Below are positions 5,701 through 11,206 of a DNA stretch of 22,042 bases, piece by piece (the first letter of the stretch is position 1; each line of letters opens with the position of its first letter). The translations under genes were made by a program, and so were the position numbers. This DNA comes from a bacterium. GTDB taxonomy: Bacteria > SZUA-182 > DTGQ01 > JAFGSM01. The DNA lies in contig JBLIRO010000076.1 of assembly GCA_049472335.1 (NCBI GenBank), forward strand, positions 1 to 22,042, written 5' to 3'. The notes under the pieces were generated by a model. That model had not been told where the DNA came from and ran no database searches. It was given only the letters and a program-made list of their open reading frames with translations.

Positions 5701-8577
5701 CGTGATCGCACAAACCCCTGCAGGCCCCTCGGTGTCAGGTCCATAGGGCATGTCTTCCTCATACTGACCCAAGGGATATACTGCAGCAGGAAGATTGGGA
5801 TCAATATATAACGGATAACCGTAAATTGTCGTATTGCCTTCACTTGAAGCGGCATTGGGATCGTAATCAGGATCATTGGCATCCGCGAAAGTGGCATCAT
5901 TAGGATCGTATGGAGCGGGATACTGGCCATAGATATTGGTATAATTAGGATCAATGTTCATCCATGTGTCATCACCATAAGATAAGGAGACCTTTGTCAA
6001 TGGGAGAATAGTCATCTTTAGAACACCCTGGTTGGTATCCACTTCCATAAGAGAATTTATAGTAAGCTCTTTGAACCTATGCATATCCTCATCAAAGGTT
6101 TCGATTATATTCCCGTCAGTATAACAGCAAGGTTGAGGAAGGGGCTGACACCACAGTACGGGGCAGATATTTTCCGCATAAGGGCATGAATAGCCGCATG
6201 TACCATAATAATAATCGGGATAATAACCTCCGGGTGAGGACCCCGGCACACCAGGATATGTGTCGGGGTCCGTATCATCGGAATCGCCCTCACATATCAT
6301 AAAGCCATCCTGATCCGAATCAACCTCGTCGGAAAGAAGATAACCGTCACAGTCATTGTCCTTGCCGTCACATATCTCCTGTGCCCCGGGATAAACATCC
6401 GGATCAGTGTCATCACAGTCATTACCCATCGGTACATACCCGGCGGGCTGAGAGAAAGCAACAACTGTATTATTCGGATCTCCGAAGCCGTCATGGTCTG
6501 CATCTGCATAATACGTTGTCGGCTCTTCATCTATTTGTCCATTGCAGTTGTTGTCCACTCCGTCAATGAGCTCTTCCTCCGAGGGGTTAATATTGGGATC
6601 GTTATCATTACAATCAGTGGAATCCGTGACATAACCCGCAGGCTGTTCATCTGCAGTTATATAAGTATTGGGATCCCCATAGCCGTCCTCGTCCGCATCC
6701 CGGTAATAGCTTGGAGTTAAATGGAAAACCACCGCATATGAGAAGAGTGCATAATCAAACGATGGGATGTATTCAATTGCATCCGTTTCTTTCGTCTGAT
6801 AGGTGTCGGCTGTTTTCATATCAGCGAGAACCAGACCATTCGCGTCCTTTAACCTAAGCTCCATAACAAATTCAGGCCTTATTACATTAGGATCCCAGGA
6901 CAATACAGGGAAAAATCCCGGCAGATCCATATCAGCGGAGCCTCCCATGGAATTTCCTCCCACCATTACACTCAGATTCCATACCTCCGTCCCGGATCCA
7001 ATGCCCCTTATGTCTCCGCCAAAATATTTTTCGCCTATCTTATCTTTCAATACCACGGTAAAGTCCGGTGGTGGTGAAGGAGGATAAGGATAAGCGTCGC
7101 CAATGAGATCTACGCCAATTTGAACACTACTTACGTCGCCACCTTGACCGGTGGCTCTGATTGACATTTTGAATATGCCAGATTTTTCCAGAACAGTAGG
7201 AACATCGGGATCAAAGTCATCAGGATCTCCCATGAGGGTAGCTGTATAGTAACCTTCCGGAACGCAAATACAACGGCTGTCGTAAATAACTCCATACCCG
7301 TCCTGATCATAATCCTTGAAGTAACGTATGCAACCAACCGAATTTTTTTCATCCACCATTCCGTCACAATCATCATCAAACCCGTTGCATTCCTCCCATT
7401 TGCCAGGATTGATTGCAGGGTCCGTGTCATCGCAATCATCAGCGATCAATACATATCCGGAAGGCTGTGATGCAGAAATAATAAAATTGTTTATATCCCC
7501 GTGGCCGTCACCGTCTTCATCCGCATAGTAAGTAGCAGGTTCTTCATCAATCTCTCCATTGCAGTTATTGTCTAAACCATCATCAATCTCCTCTGCCGAT
7601 GGATTTATGTCGGAATTGGTATCATCACAATCGGTTCCTTGTTCTGCATATCCTTCAGGCCTTGTTACTGAAGTAACCGTATTATTGGGGTCTCCATAGG
7701 TATCCCCATCGATGTCCGCATAGTAAATCGTGCCCAGACCTTCGTCTGTTTCCCCGTCACAATCATTGTCGATTCCGTCATAGAGCTCCTCTGCAAGAGG
7801 GTATACATCCGGATTTGTATCATCACAGTCATCGCCCCGAAATACATATCCCTGAGGTTGAGTTTCAGCAACAATAAAAATATTGGGATCTCCGTAACCG
7901 TCTTCATCAGCATCCTGGTAGAATGTATATGTGCCTGTTGACTCAAATACGACACTATATGAAAAAACGGCATAGCTGATTTCCGAAGAGTAAACTTCCG
8001 CTTCAGATTCCAGGGTCTGGTATGTGGTGGTTGCTGTCATATCAGCAAGGACCGGTCCGTTCGCATCCCCTAACCGCAGCTCCATTGCCTTTGCTGAGCC
8101 TATTGCACTGGGCTCCCAGGACAACTCAGGGAAAAAGCCGGGCTGATTTGCATCAGCAATGCCTCCCAATGAAGGGCCTACTACTAAAACGGTTAAGTCC
8201 CAGACCTCTCGAATAGATCCGGGGATCCTTAGATCTTCGGTATATCCGCTTTCGCCTCCTTTGATCTTTATTACTGCAGAAAAGGCTCCGGGTAGAAGTG
8301 GTGGATATGGATAAGTTTGTGCAATGGGATCTATACCCAGTCTGACATTGCTTACCTTCAAACTCTGTCCTGTGGCTTTGATCTCAAGCGTCCAGAACAT
8401 ATCCTGTGAATCCGCCCTTAACCTTATCTTGGCAATTTGATTATTATAATTGTCTATTTCATCTGTTTCATAAAAATCTGTGGAGGGCGGGAAAATAGCT
8501 GCAGACAGGGGATTCATAAGAAAAAGGTAAAAGATTGCCCCGAAAAACAAGGTAACAATAAAAAGTTTCCTTTTCAT
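2737..8577 (-). CDS. Giant secreted acidic multidomain surface protein with MopE-like putative metal-binding repeats, two ConA/LamG-like domains, three copies of an unnamed ~150-aa domain and an aromatic C-terminal tail
   Basis: 1946 aa. Sec-type signal peptide (MKRKLFIVTLFFGAIFYLFLMNPLSA) and SD GGAG upstream. Repeated DxDGDGYGDP...DCDD..P..YP.A.E..DG.DN.C.G..DE units. Two GDFDV...G.(L/F)..(T/S)R.G....W.LL...DNF..EC units. Confidence 0.9.
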   Translation of the reverse strand: MKRKLFIVTLFFGAIFYLFLMNPLSAAIFPPSTDFYETDEIDNYNNQIAKIRLRADSQDMFWTLEIKATGQSLKVSNVRLGIDPIAQTYPYPPLLPGAFSAVIKIKGGESGYTEDLRIPGSIREVWDLTVLVVGPSLGGIADANQPGFFPELSWEPSAIGSAKAMELRLGDANGPVLADMTATTTYQTLESEAEVYSSEISYAVFSYSVVFESTGTYTFYQDADEDGYGDPNIFIVAETQPQGYVFRGDDCDDTNPDVYPLAEELYDGIDNDCDGETDEGLGTIYYADIDGDTYGDPNNTVTSVTRPEGYAEQGTDCDDTNSDINPSAEEIDDGLDNNCNGEIDEEPATYYADEDGDGHGDINNFIISASQPSGYVLIADDCDDTDPAINPGKWEECNGFDDDCDGMVDEKNSVGCIRYFKDYDQDGYGVIYDSRCICVPEGYYTATLMGDPDDFDPDVPTVLEKSGIFKMSIRATGQGGDVSSVQIGVDLIGDAYPYPPSPPPDFTVVLKDKIGEKYFGGDIRGIGSGTEVWNLSVMVGGNSMGGSADMDLPGFFPVLSWDPNVIRPEFVMELRLKDANGLVLADMKTADTYQTKETDAIEYIPSFDYALFSYAVVFHLTPSYYRDADEDGYGDPNTYITADEQPAGYVTDSTDCNDNDPNINPSEEELIDGVDNNCNGQIDEEPTTYYADADHDGFGDPNNTVVAFSQPAGYVPMGNDCDDTDPDVYPGAQEICDGKDNDCDGYLLSDEVDSDQDGFMICEGDSDDTDPDTYPGVPGSSPGGYYPDYYYGTCGYSCPYAENICPVLWCQPLPQPCCYTDGNIIETFDEDMHRFKELTINSLMEVDTNQGVLKMTILPLTKVSLSYGDDTWMNIDPNYTNIYGQYPAPYDPNDATFADANDPDYDPNAASSEGNTTIYGYPLYIDPNLPAAVYPLGQYEEDMPYGPDTEGPAGVCAITTNCALVGDFDVQFDFCLDDFPLLASNTGSRTLDLDILPLFCGKVCSISRAMNFEDPNGVIHESCYVARLFDDPDKVVVQDTNDACGKFKASRRGNSITLFVWSDPGNDWSLLLDGSISGTDPNGPSEYLEAVVKTQILAIPETDANCIEGHTVSIDNFRVECLSQPAPLTESNYPCPACGPSSCCADGSVQDAFEGGLDGNRWKSMVEDGALILDQDQTLRFYMPDTDANTQFTGLYMGEGPRAKVATKCLACGDFDVRVDYNLVSFPSIEDYAATRHVSLSIEGFSPDFNLMNTGEEPRYITYPLASVERVKAADGNDYHYAQTGYYSPHMEMADANRISGQLRVTREGGNLDLYYRFIDQNDWTLLLSHNAEDEVTFHHVTPCVRIALEAGYSIMQPYTYPYGTSTSDPNQFDPNSYGYGYIYPYSPYYASDANMPDVQGQVTEFDNFHLECVPLDPNQDYSYDYSCFGYYYPSYDPNTGYPYPISIYDPNYIYYDTYPYPYTGYYGGYASAGGGYGYGSGLYYGGNGSNLYSPGIGNFYQYFFDADNDGLGDPNKSIIATSKPEGYVSSAGDSCPDDPNKTEPGICGCGVADIDADQDGSYECQGDCDETDNTVYPGATEICDGKDNDCDGTVPADEADEDGDGVRICEGDCDDTDADINPAAAEVYDGIDNDCKDGPDDHCYFTIDLSASGQGAPLAEVRFGLDFGAAAIQIDPNNWSDDGILRLQLIDAMAGDIEITDPDTFTESHYLVEDIRVASGQTGIAWYLMVEISEEKNPDLSERYPVLSWDPNNFGCVEIDGNDYIYQLIRGLSGSGSVLVDNMVDADSYQTVSKDGETVKYFTILWREKPEPPVQTKKSYMQILPWPGMYQGGLGWPSFSLTGGFLGGLPFPAKVGYPSGLSRPSFPGTYPSLTFSGWTYPSWTSIPGYSFPGWTYSSWMAAPTYSFLFPGIGVLPSAWTSLPPLYWNLSPGAGGYNTGWSYTYR
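3655..4075 (-). repeat. MopE-like / thrombospondin-3-like acidic repeat cluster 3
   Basis: FFDADNDGLGDPN, CPDDPNKTEPGICGCGVADIDADQDG, DCDETDNTVYPGATEICDGKDNDCDG and DCDDTDADINPAAAEVYDGIDNDC. Boundaries approximate. Confidence 0.8.
6250..6710 (-). repeat. MopE-like repeat cluster 2: two full units and one partial
   Basis: YRDADEDGYGDPN...DCNDNDPNINP..EELIDGVDNNCNGQIDEE; YADADHDGFGDPN...DCDDTDPDVYPGAQEICDGKDNDCDG; partial DSDQDGFMICEGDSDD. Boundaries approximate. Confidence 0.85.
7205..7925 (-). repeat. MopE-like (putative metal-binding motif) repeat cluster 1: three full units and one partial
   Basis: YQDADEDGYGDPN...DDCDDTNPDVYP..EELYDGIDNDCDG; YADIDGDTYGDPN...DCDD; YADEDGDGHGD...DCDD; partial FKDYDQDGYG. 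Boundaries approximate. Confidence 0.85.
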
Positions 8578-8634
8578 AACATCCCTCTCCTTTATCCTTT
8601 ATGCTTTAGCTTTATTACCTTTTTAGTTAAATGA

Positions 8635-8673
8635 TCAATAAATATCTCTCCATTTTTCCCGATTACAATTCAT
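8635..8673 (-). other. Candidate upstream micro-ORF MNCNREKWRDIY (12 aa) in the leader of the giant gene
   Basis: GGGAGGTGG (8678-8686) precedes ATG 8673 at normal spacing; TGA at 8635-8637. Confidence 0.4.
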
Positions 8674-8976
8674 CAAACCACCTCCCTGGATTAGAATTTA
8701 TTATAATATCAGGGCATTTCAATTTATAATGCACGACCCTGATATAATAGACGTAAAAAGATTTCTTTTTTCCCCTTAATTATTAGAAAAAAGACAAAAC
8801 TTAACCAAAATTCCATTGTTTTTATTGCGATTGCTGCGGAAAGGTCAGTTTAAAAACTCAGAAGTGCTTATCAGGGGGTCTTTTTCAATCGGATTTTCCT
8901 ATTCAAAAGAGGTACTAATGCGGCCTTTCTAATAAAATTATAACCATTGACATCGGATTTTTCAATGTAATCTTAA

Positions 8977-9966
8977 TTAAAATCCTGAATTAAGAGTTAA
9001 TAAATGCGTTTCCTCTCCATAATTATCCCAATACATTATTGTATACCCCAGTTCGGCTCCACTTTTAAACCTCCAGCTAAAACCGGCTGTATATGCCCTC
9101 ATATCCTTTTCATTTATATGATAACCCCCTGCCCTGAGGGATATCTTTCTTCTCTGTCTCCTAAAATTGAACCATTTTTCCATCCCTATGCGAATTTGAG
9201 GTTGATCAAAGAATTGAGTGGCGGCATCATAGATTTCAAGAGATATGATGCTCATCTCATCAGGCCTGAATGCCAGACCCGGGCGTATATTGAAAACATA
9301 TTTTCGAACAAACTTTTCATCATCAATAACAAAATTAAACTCCGATTCAAAAATATCCTGAAACAGACATCCGACAGAAAACATCTTATGCTCTCCAACA
9401 TCAGGGCCAAAGGCCCCATGGATTCCCAAATCAAGATCATAGAGGGTATCATCGTTTATCTTTTCGTCTCCGCCATATTTAGCTTCATGATCCTTGTCAA
9501 TCTCGAACTTTGAATAAATCAGCTTTCCAATAGCGCCAAAAGCCAGATTCCACCGCTTGCTAAGATAAATTCCGTACCCAAGCTGAAAGTAATTCCAATC
9601 CTGGCAGAACCATCCGAAATTACCGCCTGAATCAAGGTATAGTCTCATAAGATGATCCTTGTTATAAACATAGGCAAAACCGAACCCTCCATATTTCAGA
9701 GGACCTGCTGCCGCTAAATAGATATCATAGTTTGAATCATGCCAGTTAGAAACAGAGGTGGAGTTTACGGCAAAGTTTTGAAGCTGGGCCAATCCGGCAG
9801 GATTCCAATAAACGGCATCCACATTATCGGCTACTCCTGTAAATGCTCCACCCATGGCCAAAGGTCTTCCTCCCCAACAGGCGTATGAAACACCAAACAT
9901 AAAGCAAGTAATATAAGATATTGCCAATGATATTACCAAGAAGATTATGATTTTTTCAGTTCTCAT
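8977..9966 (-). CDS. Outer-membrane beta-barrel protein, PorV/UPF0164/FadL-like superfamily
   Basis: 329 aa. A signal peptide is followed by the signature GGRPLAMGGAFTGVADNVDAVYWNPAGLAQL, alternating aromatic/hydrophobic strands, SLRAG near the end and a C-terminal Phe (LLTLNSGF) resembling a BAM beta-signal. Confidence 0.8.
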   Translation of the reverse strand: MRTEKIIIFLVISLAISYITCFMFGVSYACWGGRPLAMGGAFTGVADNVDAVYWNPAGLAQLQNFAVNSTSVSNWHDSNYDIYLAAAGPLKYGGFGFAYVYNKDHLMRLYLDSGGNFGWFCQDWNYFQLGYGIYLSKRWNLAFGAIGKLIYSKFEIDKDHEAKYGGDEKINDDTLYDLDLGIHGAFGPDVGEHKMFSVGCLFQDIFESEFNFVIDDEKFVRKYVFNIRPGLAFRPDEMSIISLEIYDAATQFFDQPQIRIGMEKWFNFRRQRRKISLRAGGYHINEKDMRAYTAGFSWRFKSGAELGYTIMYWDNYGEETHLLTLNSGF

Positions 9967-10193
9967 GTTGCCTCTCGTCCTTCTGGTGTTTAACTGAAAT
10001 GTATAGTTATAAGATGATGGATATATAATGATTTTACTGTTTATTTCTGCTTCAATACTTTATTATCGGGAAAAAAAGATTGTTTTATCAGGAGATGCCC
10101 AATAGGTTAATCTTCAGGCATTGAGGATATAAATGATGACAGGTATATTTGCCGAGGTGTTGACAATAAATTTATCTTCAATGTTATTAACCT

Positions 10194-10274
10194 GAATCCC
10201 GCATTTGAAATCTATTACGACTTAAAAACCTTCTCCGGACGGGGTGTTTCATGACGATCTCAAATGCGGGATCC
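10194..10274 (-). repeat. 19-bp-arm inverted repeat / long hairpin immediately after the stop of the 206-aa gene
   Basis: GAATCCCGCATTTGAAATC (10194-10212) versus GATCTCAAATGCGGGATCC (10256-10274). The 13-bp core is perfect and both mismatches are G.U pairs on the minus strand. Confidence 0.75.
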
Positions 10275-10280
10275 GGACGG

Positions 10281-10901
10281 CTATAATCCGGGGAGAAAGG
10301 CCAGCCTTTGAGGGACATTATAGTCAAACAATCCCATCAGGCTCAGATATTTAAGAAGCATAAGATCTATACTTGGATTGTTGCCCTCCAGCATTGCATA
10401 GGGAGATGTGACTGCCCCCGAAAAGAAATGAATGCCGCCGCTAAGATAAAAACAGATCGGATCCGAGCATCTTAACAACATATCCACAGGCATGTCAATC
10501 CATGTGGCTGGATTATCAAGTAAAGCCAAAAAGTTCGGGAAATCCCGTAAAGGATCAGCAACATTATAAATATGTAAAAAAGGGTACAGATATTCATCGA
10601 ACCATCCCATAGGAGGGTAATACATATAATATTTTTTAGTGTTCCACGTGGAGGTAGGATAGGAATAATCCCATGGAACAGAAAACCAGGGATATCCCCA
10701 ACAACCGCTAACCATTATAGATCCGGGAAATGAAGCCGCCTGTATATATTGTAAAATAGGGTCAAAAAGTACATTCTGCGTGTATTGAGGCCATATTCCC
10801 CCCTGTGCCAGACAGATATGATTCTCCGGGATGGCTGATAAAATTATAAAAATTGTGATACAAGAGAAAAGTGTAAAGAAGAAGAGCTTTTGTTTTTTCA
10901 T
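10281..10901 (-). CDS. Secreted hypothetical protein rich in Tyr/Trp/Pro
   Basis: 206 aa. Basic-then-hydrophobic signal peptide, probably cleaved at CLA|Q; SD GGGAG upstream. No family recognised. Confidence 0.75.
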   Translation of the reverse strand: MKKQKLFFFTLFSCITIFIILSAIPENHICLAQGGIWPQYTQNVLFDPILQYIQAASFPGSIMVSGCWGYPWFSVPWDYSYPTSTWNTKKYYMYYPPMGWFDEYLYPFLHIYNVADPLRDFPNFLALLDNPATWIDMPVDMLLRCSDPICFYLSGGIHFFSGAVTSPYAMLEGNNPSIDLMLLKYLSLMGLFDYNVPQRLAFLPGL

Positions 10902-10961
10902 TTTATATACTCCCTGAAATGATATTAACTAAAAGCCTTTTTCACAAAATTTGGGTCAATT

Positions 10962-10973
10962 ATCACCTCCTTA
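10962..10973 (-). promoter_or_regulatory. Orphan perfect Shine-Dalgarno TAAGGAGGTGAT in the 5' leader of the 206-aa gene
   Basis: The plus strand reads ATCACCTCCTTA, matching the canonical 16S rRNA 3' end. On minus it is followed only by TTG ACC CAA ATT TTG TGA (10942-10959). Confidence 0.6.
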
Positions 10974-11057
10974 TGGCGCATAATGTTTCACGATTTAATA
11001 CAGAAGAAGATGAAATTTTTTAAAAAATCGCACATTATAAAATATTCCATATAAAAT

Positions 11058-11086
11058 ATTTTAACAAAAACACGGTAAATTGTCTA
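11058..11086 (-). promoter_or_regulatory. Probable sigma70 promoter for the 206-aa secreted protein gene
   Basis: Minus strand TAGACA-17 nt-TAAAAT with an extended -10 TG. Confidence 0.55.
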
Positions 11087-11206
11087 AATTTTTCAAGATA
11101 ATACAAAAATCTAAAAAAATTTTAAAATGAAAAAATCAAACGGGGGACACTTCTCTCAGGGCTCGATCAAAAATAAAAGTGAAGTTATCTTTGAGCCAGC
11201 CCTTAA

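Noticed and set aside
6330..7930. Recurring DNA words such as TCATCACAGTC and ATTGGGATC as a CRISPR or DNA repeat array
   Set aside because: They are codons of the protein repeats (DCDD, DPN), vary at synonymous positions and are irregularly spaced; no cas genes are present.
3649..8216. Many short ORFs on both strands inside the giant gene
   Set aside because: Shadow frames of a repetitive, biased coding sequence; none has independent protein features.
9004..9513. 169-aa plus-strand ORF
   Set aside because: Antisense to the well-supported beta-barrel gene; no motifs.
9865..9900. Lipoprotein lipobox in the barrel protein (VSYA|C)
   Set aside because: S-Y-A-C does not fit the [LVI][ASTVI][GAS]C consensus well; signal peptidase I cleavage is at least as likely.
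10180..10285. Hairpin as an integron attC site
   Set aside because: No properly placed RYYYAAC/GTTRRRY core pair, only one copy and no integrase in the window.
10955..10980. ATCACCTCCTTA as the 3' end of a 16S rRNA gene
   Set aside because: Only 12 nt match; the upstream sequence has no 16S features and there is no room for an rRNA gene.
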